In this document: positions 27,055 to 45,900 of the stretch, in pieces
How positions within the stretch are numbered: position 1 is the first letter of the stretch
Layout: every line of letters starts with the position of its first letter
Source of the DNA: Salpingoeca rosetta
Taxonomy: Eukaryota; Protista; Choanoflagellata
DNA: 64,000 bases
NCBI GenBank assembly: GCA_033442325.1
Contig: JAWQFM010000012.1
Location: 746,122 to 810,121 of the forward strand
Direction of reading: 5' to 3'
Notes under the pieces: model-generated
Seen by the model: the letters and a program-made list of their open reading frames with translations, nothing else
The model's database searches: none
What the model was told of the DNA's origin: nothing
Translations under genes and position numbers: made by a program

Positions 27055-27759
27055 CCCTCCTCTGCCTTTCATTCACACTTGTGCTACTGCTGGTGGTGGT
27101 GGTGTCGTGCTTTGGTGTTGGATTGTAGGATTTCCTGACGGTTGAAATCACGCGGGGACAGCGCAAAGCGAAGGACTTTGTGGAGCTGTTTGAAGGTCGG
27201 TGATGTATGCTGCAAGGCAGTGCACCCAATGGTGCCAACGTTTTGTTGTCACACATGTGTGCATGCGTGTTTGTATGCTACCACATGTTTGTCGTGCCTC
27301 GACTAACACGTGAGCTCACACTCAACGCGCCATATCACCAATCACCGCCACCATAACATCGACAACGACGACGACGACGACGACGATCACCACAACCATC
27401 AGCCGAACAAAAGCGGATGCAGCCACTGCGACTGTCGCAACTTCTCAACAGCGCAACAGTTATGTGCAGACCCGAATCCCTCAATTCCCCGGCCGTCGCC
27501 TTTGAGATGAAACTTCCAAACACAGAGGAGGAACGCAAACTCAAGAGCATACAGGTGTGACACGTGTGCATGTGTGTGTGTGTATGTGCGACAGTGTGTA
27601 TGTGTGAACGTGAGTACATGCGTTGAAACAATTCTTATCAGAGGGCTGTGCCGTGTCTCTCACACTCTGTGTCTGTCTGTCTGTGTCTCTGTGTGTGTGT
27701 GTGTGTGTGTGTGTGCGTCTGTGTCTGTCTGTGTCTGTCCCTCTCTGTCTCTGTCTCTG

Positions 27760-27831
<72 letters not shown>

Positions 27832-28444
27832 CGTCTCCCCTTGTCTTTGACACCGCATTGCCGCCCGCTGCAGATATTTCTGCTGCTGCGCAAACTTCAT
27901 CTCGACATGCGGAATGAGAGCGAGACCCGGCTCCCGCTCGCCCGTCCACCACACGCCGTCGCGCTCAGAGAAACAATGTCCATTGGTGAGGTGGTGATAA
28001 TGGCGATAGTGGTGATGAAGGTGGTGGTGCAAGTGATTGTGGTGGTGGCGGTTGTTCTTTGGGATGGATTGTCTGTGTCATGACATTTCTTTGCTTGGGT
28101 TGTGCACATGCGTTGAGCACCACAAGGAGGCGCGCGCGCACTCACACGCTTGCACTCGTGTGTGTGTGTGCTGGCAGACAATGGCGAGATTATCACGTGC
28201 GAGTGTGTGTTCAAAGAGAACGGGCAAACGGTCAAGCAGAACCGCGTCCTTCTGGTTGATGAGTGGCGATTGTTCTTGCTCGTGCCAGACATGCGAAACC
28301 TCACCCAAGGCATCGTCAAGTGAGTGCATGCAGCCCGATATGTGTGTGTATGTGTGTGTGCGTGGAATAGCACTGGAGAACGAGCTTGGTCCGTGGCTGT
28401 GAGTGGTCGTGTTTTCATACTTGTACACACACGTTCACACACGT

Positions 28445-28516
<72 letters not shown>

Positions 28517-28822
28517 CCGCTGCAGGTTTGTGGCTGATCTTGGCAGCATCCGCTGCGAGCGGGTGAAGAACAACACGCGCTGCCTGACGGTGAAGGTGGA
28601 GGAGCAACCTCGATTTGCCGATCGCGATGCAGACAAACTCGTGCTCTTCTCCTGTCAGTGCTTCTTCCAGGACAACATCAGCAGCCTCACCGCATACCAG
28701 GTGCCCAGCCGTGGCGGTGTGTGTGTGTGTGTTTGCGTCTGTGATGGTATGTGTGTCTATGTGTGTGTGTGATGTTGAAGATGGCATGGCCGACTCCACA
28801 GCAGGTTTCACACACACACACA

Positions 28823-28882
<60 letters not shown>

Positions 28883-29181
28883 TACACACACACGCCTTAC
28901 TTGCGCGTTCACATCCCCTTCGTCGTTCCACAATACGTCCACAGTTCATCAACGAAGGCCGAAAGAATCTCGAGACGAAGAAGTTGGGGTCCCTGCAGCG
29001 GCTGCTGTCTGACTTGTCGCAACTGAGACGACAGCTGGCGTCACCAACGCCGCACACGCACGCAGGCACAAGTGGCGACGATGAGCGTGGTGACCAGGAC
29101 CAAGGGAGCCTTGTAGAAGCTGTAGCCAGCGGTGGTGGTGGTGGTGATGATGGTGACGGCGATAGCCATGTTGGGAAGTGA
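21884..29181 (+). CDS. CLEC16A: CLEC16A/Ema/GOP-1 homologue (FPL domain), many exons
   Basis: [26 protein letters not shown]; QVFQTLGI; [12 protein letters not shown]; [13 protein letters not shown]; [28 protein letters not shown]; KVRLITL; [25 protein letters not shown]; C-terminal PH-like region. The start exon is tentative. Confidence 0.92.
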
Positions 29182-29669
29182 GGCTGCTTGACACCTGAAC
29201 CGCGATGTTGTGCCCTGGTTGACGCACAGCGTGGTGATTGCGGTGTTCTCGTGTGTGATGCCAGGTGGAGGACAGGTCCTGTGTTTGCACAATGTTTCAT
29301 ATCAGGGGTTGCAGCACTTGGTTGCTGTCCACTCAATTCTGGTCTTTAGTGCTTGACATAAAGCGTATGAAGAACACACGTTGATATTGATAAGCAATGT
29401 GCACATGTCGTCATGGTGGCGTGTTTACTAATTCACGCGGGTACAATTGCTTGCAGGCAAGAAGCACGCAGTACCATGTGTTCTCTGCATGCACGTGTGC
29501 GAAAAAGTGTGAAAGTGCGTGTGTGCTTGCTGTGTGTGTGTTTGTTTGTTTGTTTGTGTGTGTGTGTGTGTTTGTTTGTTTGTTTGTGTGTGTGTGTGTG
29601 TTTGTTTGTTTGTTTGTGTGTGTGTGCTTGCTGTGTGTGTGTGTGTGATAATGTGCACTCGACAGCACG

Positions 29670-35689
<6,020 letters not shown>

Positions 35690-35799
35690 GCGATGTGCCC
35701 CAAACCGTTCCCTGCGTTCACAACGCACACCACGCAACGCCTTACAATCAGATCGCCTTGGAAACACCCGTGCACGTTGTCGCCGCGAGGGACCGGGCG

Positions 35800-38490
35800 A
35801 TGGAGATCCAAGAGGCGTTTACCTTTCACATGTCGCCTCAGCACGGCTCTGCGAGGGGATGCGTCGCTTATGCCAGCCGCGCATCAGTGTCAACATCCGC
35901 AGCAGCGGCGGCATCCTCCATCCCGTCTTTGCCTTCCATTGCTCCGCGAATAAGGGGTCTCAGCTCTTCCACTGCAGCCACCACTCGCTGGAGACCCACA
36001 CCGGCCACAACAACAGCAGTAGCAATGACGTCGTCCACGGCTGCCATGGCATTTACATCCAAGTCGTTGCTCACATCACGGTCAGCCGCCGTGCCGGCGA
36101 GACCGCAGCGCCAACACCCTCGGCCCCTGGCCTCTGCACTGCACTTGACGTCAAGGCGCCTTGAGACGACGGCAGAGGATGATGACATCGAGGAGGTGAT
36201 GCGGCAGCAACAGCTACAGCAACAGCAGCAGCAACAGCAACAGCTACAGCAATATCAGCGCTCGGTGTTGTCGAAGTGCCGGATGCATCGAAGTGCAACC
36301 TATCCCGTCAGTGGCCAGCCGAAATCAGCCAGAAGGGAGCTCGCATCAGCCACAACTCACACCAGAGAGCAAAATGAACACGACGAAGCTCGCCGCCACC
36401 ACCACCATCACCATCACCACCATCACCGTCACCACCGTCGGCGGTATCAGCAAAGTCGCAAGAAGCACCAGGAACGAGAAGGTGCACACAGCGCACCATC
36501 AGCTGCGCAGCGGAACCCGCTCACCAACAACAATGTTGATGATGTTGATGACGAGGATGATGAGGGGGACGAGAGTGCAGCAGACGCAGACAGCAGCACG
36601 CGCGCGCGTGCGGGCAGTGGAATGCGGGTGCGGAGCGCGAGAGCCAGGAGCAGCATCACTCATGCCAACACTGTCTCTGCACCTGCCGTGGACGTATTCG
36701 AGGATGCGGGGTGTGCAGGGAGTGTGCATGCCACCACGTCCCTGCTACAGCCGCGGCCGCCAGCCACAAAGCGCCCGAAACGCCTCAGCCAGCGCCAGGC
36801 GAGCGGACCCACGCGCGGTGACATCTCTCCACTCAAGCGAGGTCAGTGTATACGTTTGTGTGTTGTGTGTGTGTGTGTGTGGTGTGTGCGATGTGTGTGT
36901 TTATGTGTGGTGTGTGTGTGTGTGGATGTGTGTGTGTGTGTGTGTGTGTGTGGATGTGTGTGTGTGTGTGTGGATGTGTGTGTGTGTGTGCTGCGTGGAT
37001 CTATGTTATGTGCAAACTGAGGAGACTCGGTGCTATGTTTTGTGTTGGATCGTCCCTGACAACCTTTGTTCACCTTCCATCGCACATTTCAGCGTTTCGC
37101 GCGAGATCTATTCGTCACACTTCAACCGGTATGACGCAACCGCACGAACGTGCTGTCTCCCTCCTGCATGTGTGTGTGTGTGTGTGCACGATTCTCCTCG
37201 TCCCCTGCTCTCTCTCTCTCTCTCTCACACACACAAACAACACACTCACACACTCACACACACACTCACACTCACACTCACACGCACTCACACCATATCA
37301 TGCATCCCACCTCGCCCTTCTTCGCCAACTGCAGCAGAGACGGTGAAACCGGCGCGAAAGCGGTACTTGATATTGGGCCACAAGGATGCAATCACAGTCG
37401 ACCCCGACAAGTCAATCACAAACCCGCCAGGTAAAGGAGGAGAAGGGTGGGTGGGGGGGGCATGATGTGGTTTGAGGGTCAAAAGAACGTGATTCGGGAG
37501 ACACTGTGCTACTCTGCTCATTCATATGGCACAACCGTGGCATGCAACCACATTATCTGTACGCTGCGTCCTTCTCCTTTGAGCCAATCCATCTCTCCAC
37601 TCCCTCACTCATTCACTCACCAAACACGTTGCCACACATGCATGCATCAACCGCACTTGTGTGCATGTGTGTGTGTGCATGTGTGCGTGTATTTGTGTGT
37701 GCAGGCACGCCTGTTGAGGGTACATACGACGTGCTCATGTATCCCTCCATGCGCAACGTGCAGAGCCAGGTCTATGTCACGCGCAAACTGAAGCAGATAG
37801 CACAGCAGCGGCAGCGCGAGGCAAAGCGGACGCAGCAGCAGGCAGAACGCACCGCCCGCGAATACCAGATGCATCAAGGTTCATTGCTGGGTGTGCGTGT
37901 GTGTCTATGTCTGTGTACGTGTGTGTGTGTGCGTGTCTGTGCGTGTCTGTGTGTGTACGTGTGTTGCGCGCGCACACACACACTCTCTCTGTGGTTGTGT
38001 GTTGGAGATGGGGTTGTTGTTGCTGTCTGTGATTGCTGGGCCTTGTTGTGTGTGCGTCTGGTGTTGCTTGCATGCAACACTTTCAACGTATGCCTTTGTG
38101 TACTGTGCTCCCACCTCCTCCCACCCAACACTCGCACGCACACACGCCCTGGCAGATGAGGCTGAGCGGGAACGACTGCTGGTTGAGCAGCGGGCGCGGA
38201 TCTACGCCTTCAACGCCGTCATGTCTGCCCTGGAGCAGCGCAACTTTCAAGAGTACTGCCGACAGCGGGCGGCGAGCGGAGACAAGGCGCCCAGGTCATG
38301 GCGGGACGTGGAGATGGAAGATGGCGAAGGTGAAGGTGAGCGTGACACTGGAAGAGGAGCCGCTGACGGTGTCGGTGTCGGTGCCAACAACGACGGCGAC
38401 GACGATGACGATGACGATGACGAAGATGAGGAGGAGGAGAAGGAGGATAATGAGGGGGAGGATGAGGAGGAGGTGGAAGGTGGAAGGTGA
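35800..38490 (+). CDS. Disordered protein with a C-terminal coiled coil, SVBP(CCDC23)-like helix and acidic tail, 5 exons
   Basis: Exons at approximately 35800-36841, 37093-37128, 37335-37430, 37705-37878 and 38156-38490 all join in phase 1. The last exon encodes LLVEQRARIYAFNAVMSALEQRNFQEYCRQR. Confidence 0.75.
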
Positions 38491-38916
38491 CGGAGGGAAA
38501 CACGCAGACGCACAGCATGCATGAGTGCATGATGGCGGATGACGCTGTCATGTACCGAGTGTGAGTCATGTACCGTTTTTTTTTTTCTATTGGGCTTTGT
38601 GGGTTGTATATTCTATTGTTCTATTGTGTTACTACATCTTGAACGACTGTTTCATTCGCTTTCATCAAACAAAAGTTGGTAAGTCAACCGAGGCACCGCC
38701 ACCATCATTTCAGTCAACTGCGCACAGACATGTGGGACTGTGACTCGTAAGGCATGCGTGAGTGAGACGTGTGAGATGTGCCAACAGCATAGCGTTACTA
38801 CACTTTGTGCTGTCGGTATCCGTTGTTTTGTTTCGGCTGGGGCTCCACAAACACCAAGCACAACAAGCACAACACCACCACACACCACCACACACACCAC
38901 CACCACCCCGACCACG

Positions 38917-40435
38917 ATGTTCAAGAAGAAGCAGACGCTTGTGCGCCGCGGCAACTTTATGACCGCGCCCGAGGGCGGTTGGTTGCACGATGAACAAGCA
39001 CTCGCACACGGCTCTGGCATCTACTACTCGTTCCCAGTCAAGGTACGCGCGTGTGCTTGTCTGGTTGGGGAGAGACAGTGGGGTTTTGCTTTGCTTTGAT
39101 TTGTTGTGGCGGATGCAGTTGTGATTGCGATGCCCGATCTCCGGGTGGAACTGGCCCTTGTCTTGTGTGTCATGTTGCTGTCGTTGTGTGGCGTGTCATT
39201 GTCATTGTGTGGCATGTTGCTGTCGTTGTGTGTCATGTTGAGTCTGCACTGCGTGTCGGCGTTCCCAGTTACCTTTTATCCCCCCCACTCTTCATCAACT
39301 CCCTTATGCGCTCGTCCACACGCTCGTCACTCCCACTTTGGTGGTGTTTGCTTGCACCTCTAGTATGTTGGCAGTCTGCAGATCTTGGAGTCGCTCCGTG
39401 CCTTGAGCATGGAGGACAAGACCAACGTTTGCCGGTGCGTCCGCAATCGCCAGCGCGAGGAATTCTTGCCCTCACCTCTCATTTTTTCACTGGCGCATCT
39501 GGTTGTCTCTTTCCCTTCTCTTGTATGTCTTCTCCTCCTCTCACCCCGCATGCCGCACCTGCTTGCCGTTCTCCAGCGAGGCCATTTACCGCTGCATCGA
39601 CTCATCCAAGGTCATCAAGCCAATCAAGCGCAAGAAGAAGAAGTTCATGAAGCAGTACCTCGCAGGTACGCACTTACATGTGTGTGTGTGTTTGTGTGTG
39701 CGCAATGGCATGCCCTGTGTGAGGTCCTTGAGGTCTTGGATGCATCGACGATTCACGTGATGACCGTTGATCTGCTTATCATTTCCGTCACTCCCTGCTC
39801 CCCTCGACCCTTTCTCCCCTTACCCATTCCAATCCTTGCTCCTTCCTTGTCCCTCCCCGCCATCCTCCCTTCCTCTGTGCCTGCAGATGCGCCCTACGTG
39901 AAGGTGATGCTGCTGCGCCTCAACGTGTCAACAGATGGCATTGCCACAAGCGCCGTCGACACCCCAGACATCATCTCCAATGATCCCATCTCCAAGATCT
40001 CCTTTGCTGCCGGCGGCGATGGAAAAGCGTACAACTTCATCACATACGTTGCAAAGGATCGACGCGACAACCGCTGTACGTCGTCGTCGTCGTCGTCGTC
40101 GTCGTTGCTGCGTACTGTGTTTGCACGTGCATATGCACATGCACGTGTGTGGAAATGTCTTGTTCACGGCAGGACTTGAATGCTTGCCTGTTCTCCATTC
40201 GTCATTGCTGTATCTTCTTCAACCCACGTCCGTGCAAACCTATCATCATCACCATCCCCACAATCACTCACGCACACATACACACCACCACCACCGCCGC
40301 CGCCAGACTGCCACGTGTTTGACTGCGGCCCGCTTGCCGATGATCTCCTCGCCACACTCGGCCAAGTCTTCAACATCCTCAGGGTCCGTCTTCCGTGTGA
40401 CGTTCGTGTTGCGTGCGTGCGTGCGTGCGTGCGTG

Positions 40436-40477
<42 letters not shown>

Positions 40478-40890
40478 GCTCGTCCTGTGTGAGTTTGATG
40501 CTTCTCATTTGCTCTGTTGTTTTGGTTTCTTTTCATCTCCCTTCCTATTCTGTCGTCTTCCACTCTCCCCTTCCCTCACTTTGAACCCACTGCATATATG
40601 TGTTCATGTTCACGTGCGTATATATCATCTATGTGTGCGTGTGCGTGCGAGCAGAAGAAGCGCGATGGCGGCACCATGACTGCGCCTCCGCCACTGCCGG
40701 CCAACCACCCAACAGCAAAGAATGCACACCTATGCGGTGTTGCTGCGTTGCAGGCTGCACCCAAGATCGACGAGCCGCAGGACGCGGACAACGTCTACGG
40801 CGAAGCGAGTGCGTGTTCACCCATTGGGACCCAGAGTGACAGCAGATGCACGAGAGGAAGAGGGATGTGCTTGTATTGTGCGTGTTTTGT

Positions 40891-40931
<41 letters not shown>

Positions 40932-41067
40932 TGTGTGTTGTGTGTTTGAAGGAGGAGAAGAAGAAAAGTGCGATGACTACTCAACGCATGTTTCTTTGAC
41001 TGCGTCTTGGCATGATGTACATGCACTCCACCCCCCTCCCACCTACACGCATTACATTGCTCACCAT

Positions 41068-41151
<84 letters not shown>

Positions 41152-41957
41152 ACCACCATCAGTGTATGAGACGATGGCAACCAACACGGCTGTTGGGGAA
41201 GCGTCATCGTCAAGCAAGTCCGACACCCTCTCCGTCCCCATTGCTCGCGAAGTCTTCAAATGTACGCTATCTCCATGTGTGACATGTCGCATTCTCTGCT
41301 TCCTTGCATGTGTAGGCGCCTGTGTGCGCATGCGTGTATGTATATGCGTGTGTGTATTGCTGCTTTCGCTGTTGTTCATTTCCCAACGAAACGACACAAG
41401 GAGCATTGTCCTTGTCCAAACACACACACATACACGCATACACGTACACACGCATACACTCACACATACATACACACATACACGCACCGCCTCACGCATG
41501 TCCACTGTGTGCTCGATTTGACGTGTGCTGTTGGTGCATAGATGAGGATGGTGACGACACGTATGAAGGGATGGAGGAAGCAATGCCGGCACCGACGAAA
41601 GCACAGGCCATGGAGGTGAGTACGCTGCCTGGTGATCCCGGTTGCATGTGCTCACACCCACACTCACACCCACACTCACACGCCAAAAACAACTTACACT
41701 CACACGCACCCGCTCACACTTTGCCCTCACACACCACCCTTGCTCTCTTTCACACTCCACACACCCACCACCACAACACGGCAACCCCCCTCCCCCTCCT
41801 CCAATCCCACCATGATGACCACGCCAGCTGTACGCTGAGATGTATGGCGAGGTGCAGTCTGGCGCGCAGTTGGCCGAGTTCCTCAACGACGACACGCGCG
41901 TCCACTCCAACTCCCTCTACGGCGAAGTCCCAGAGGACACCGTTTATGGCGATGGAC

Positions 41958-42054
<97 letters not shown>

Positions 42055-42358
42055 CGTTTTGATGAGTGTCATCCTCCTTCTTCGATGTTGCCATCTCCCC
42101 ATTTCTTCCTCGCTTTCCTCGTGTTTGGTCCCTTCTTGTCTGCGTGCCTGCCTGTGTGGTGCAGCTGAAAGCAGTGCTCAATCATGCTTCTGATAGTTGT
42201 ACCTGCCTGTGCACATCTCCATCGCCAATGCCATCACCCCATCTCCTCACCTCAACACGCACACCCCTCCCACCACAATGCAGGTTGGCTGGTCCTATCT
42301 CTCTGTGGCGCCCGATGACGACACCTACGGCACCCTAGCCGACTACATTGCAACCTAA
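38917..42358 (+). CDS. Shc-type PTB-domain adaptor with multiple Tyr motifs and no SH2 domain
   Basis: GNFMTAPEGGWLHD..YSFPVK|YVGSLQILESLRALSMEDKTNVCR|EAI..; KISFAAGGDGKAYNFITYVAKDRRDNR|.CHVFDCGPLADDLLATLGQVF follow Shc PTB motifs. The tail ends DDDTYGTLADYIAT*. Confidence 0.88.
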
Positions 42359-42898
42359 CTCGCCTTCACAGCATGCACGCACACACACACACATACACAC
42401 ACCACGCATCCAGGGTGGTGTCGTGTCTTGGCTGCACTCCTGTGCGTTCATTCCATCCATCGCCCTTTTCGCACCACTCTTTCCGGCTGTTGCGCGCGCT
42501 CATTGGTCTTCTTCCATCGCTTCCGTTATGCCTCCACCCATTTTTTTCGTTTTTGTCACGAAGCACACATTCAAGCAGTCAAACGCACCCCTCGACCACG
42601 TTTCTGGCTCTATCACAGGTTCTTCGTCCTCAGTCCTTGCGTGGTTGCCTCTTTCTTGCTTTCTGTGACTCATGTGTAAGACATAAACACAGCTCCAAAG
42701 AAGGGTTGAATAAGAGTGACACGAAGCAAAACATCAGCTCGCTCCCCAGCCAATATGAACACACATGCACGCAATCGAGGACAGGCAACCCCCAACAAAA
42801 TATCAGTCATGTAGCTCAAATCAAGAAACCCGAATCATGAACTCAATCACTCTACCCCTCTCACGTATGACTCACGCAAACACACACACAAACACACA

Positions 42899-42941
<43 letters not shown>

Positions 42942-42947
42942 GCGTTA

Positions 42948-45900
42948 CTAAAATTGCTGGCGCTCCATCAAATCGCGGAGTTTCGCCAACCGCTCCAGCG
43001 CATTTGCCGTCAACTTCGGCTTTGCTTGGCGTCCCAGACTACGCGACGCCCCACCGTCACCATCACCATCACCATCACCGTCACGATGGCCGTTGGCGCC
43101 AACGATGCCATCATCACCACTTGTGTGCACGTCCCCCTGCAGTTCGCGTCGCCTCTGTCGTCGCCGCTCCAGCTCTTCGCGCCGCTGCATTCGCGCCCGC
43201 CGCCGGTCCGCAATCACCCGCTCAAGCGACTCCTGCGCATCGTGCTCCCATGTGTTCGCAAGCACAGGCGTGCGCCACATCGGCGTCCTTGCACCACCGC
43301 CGCCACCGCGAGTGCCATGCGTCGTGCTGGTTCTTGGGCGCTCCCTGTCCTCAGGGCGCCTCGGCATGTCACCTGCGCCGGCAAGTGTATGATCGTCATC
43401 TGTCTCTGGCATTTCAGAGATGGGTGCCTGCACGGCAATCGTGGCGCGTCGCGAGCGCGGTGAAAATGGGCGCAATTGCACATCTGACGCAGTCTTTCGA
43501 AGTGCGCGGGGCCGTTTCGTTGGCGTGGACATGGACGACCGCCGCAATTGCTCGAAGAACACTTGGTCAGGCTGCACCTCCGAGGGCAACGGGTCAAGCG
43601 GTTCAATGCTCCGCGAAAACAAATCATCGGTGCGCAGCGAGTAGCGCCACTGCCGCCGCCGGTGCTGGTGCTGGTGCTCCTGCTGCTCCCGAACCCTCAT
43701 GTCAAGTGACGCGCGCCGGCTTGGCCGAGGACTCTCCGCCTGGTCAGACATGATCGACGTGTTGTACTGCGGCTCCGGTACGCGTGTGGACGTGTTCCAT
43801 CGCTCGCGCTGCTGCTGCCGCTGCCGCTGCCGCTGTGGCGTGGCGTCATCTCTGAACTGGAACCGCTGCAACACTTCGAACAGCGGCTCCTCCGTCATGG
43901 GCGCAAAGCCAACGTTCGACGGTTGTCGCGAAAGCGGGCGAGATCGTGCGCTCTTGAGCGACTTCCCAAAGTTGGCGCCAGCGTAGTCCCAGAAGAAGTC
44001 TCGCTCCGCAAAGCTGGCGTGCAGTGAGGGCGACGGTGTGTGCGGCGGTGGCGCAGTGCCGGCCATCGCCGACGCACTTCGTACAGGCGTTGTGCTGCCA
44101 CGTCGACTATCAGGAGTCGACACATCCCGGAACGAGTGCGTCGATGCGTGGCGCAGCAGCGGTCTCGTGTCGACAGCGGGTGGCGGCGAGGGCACTCGAC
44201 CAACGCTGAACCGCGGACGACGATCAGCACCAGCAGCGGCAGCGGGCTCTTCAGGGCGGTATTCAATCGTGCTCGGGTGTTGGGGCAGTGGCTCCAATAC
44301 ACGCGGTGAGGCAGACCGAACAACACGCGTGGACGGGTTCCAGTTGTCCTTGAAGCCAATCCGCTCAAGCTCACGAAACACAACTTCGTCGGGTGTCAGG
44401 GTCGTGTCAATGTCCAACGGTTTGATGGCGTCATGGGCATTCAACGCGGGTCGCCACACGGCATCCGCCTCATCTCGGAATCGGTGCAGCGCTGGGGCGC
44501 CGTAAGGAGTGGTGTCGAGAGGTGGCACGTGGGTCGCGTTGTACGTGCCGGCATGGAAGGGTTGTGACGCGGGCCGAAACTCGAATGGAGTGTCGTGAAG
44601 TAGAGGAATCGCATCAAGCCACAATGTGTCATTGTGCGTCACAGAGCCAGCAGCAAACGCGCCGGCTGACACGGGACGAAATTCATGGGAGGACCACGAT
44701 GACGCAAGAGGTTCAGTGTCACGGCAAACAGGTTCAAGAGGAGTCGTTGACGAAATCCATCGTTGAGAGCTAGAAAGACCAAGAGGAAGCGGGCGGAACG
44801 AATGAGTAAAAACAGAAGAAGCTGCACCGCTGTAGTCTGGAGAAAATCTGTGCAATGAAGTCCCACTGAAACGCATGGGAGGAGTGCCGGAGGGAAAATG
44901 ATCACGAAAGTGATGATGGGACAGTGGAAGACCAATAGGAACGGTGTCGTAATCCAATCCAGCCATCGCGCTCTGGCCCGCATTCACACGCTTCCAGTCA
45001 TCGCTCGCATCAACAGCCTCAAGACCGCGGTGGTCATGGTGATGCGCGCTCTGCCCAGCACGCGTCGTGTCAACCCCGAGCCCAGCCATCGCGCTCTGGC
45101 CCGCATTCACACGCTTCCAGTCATCGCTCGCATCAACAGCCTCAAGACCGCGGTGGTCATGGTNNNNNNNNNNNNNNNNNNNNNNNNNNNNNNNNNNNNN
45201 NNNNNNNNNNNNNNNNNNNNNNNNNNNNNNNNNNNNNNNNNNNNNNNNNNNNNNNNNNNNNNNNNNNNNNNNNNNNNNNNNNNNNNNNNNNNNNNNNNNN
45301 NNNNNNNNNNNNNNNNNNNNNNNNNNNNNNNNNNNNNNNNNNNNNNNNNNNNNNNNNNNNNNNNNNNNNNNNNNNNNNNNNNNNNNNNNNNNNNNNNNNN
45401 NNNNNNNNNNNNNNNNNNNNNNNNNNNNNNNNNNNNNNNNNNNNNNNNNNNNNNNNNNNNNNNNNNNNNNNNNNNNNNNNNNNNNNNNNNNNNNNNNNNN
45501 NNNNNNNNNNNNNNNNNNNNNNNNNNNNNNNNNNNNNNNNNNNNNNNNNNNNNNNNNNNNNNNNNNNNNNNNNNNNNNNNNNNNNNNNNNNNNNNNNNNN
45601 NNNNNNNNNNNNNNNNNNNNNNNNNNNNNNNNNNNNNNNNNNNNNNNNNCGTGGTCGTGTACACTCTGCCCAGCACGCGTCGTGTCAACCCCGAGCCCAG
45701 CCATCGCGCTCTGGCCCGCATTCACACGCTTCCAGTCATCATCCATGTGCTCAAGCCCGCGGTGGTCGTGCTCGTGTACACTCTGCCCAGCACGCGTCGT
45801 GTCAACCCCGAGCCCAGCCATCGCGCTCTGGCCCGCATTCACACGCTTCCAGTCATCATCCATGTGCTCAAGCCCGCCGTGGTCGTGCTCGTGTACACTC

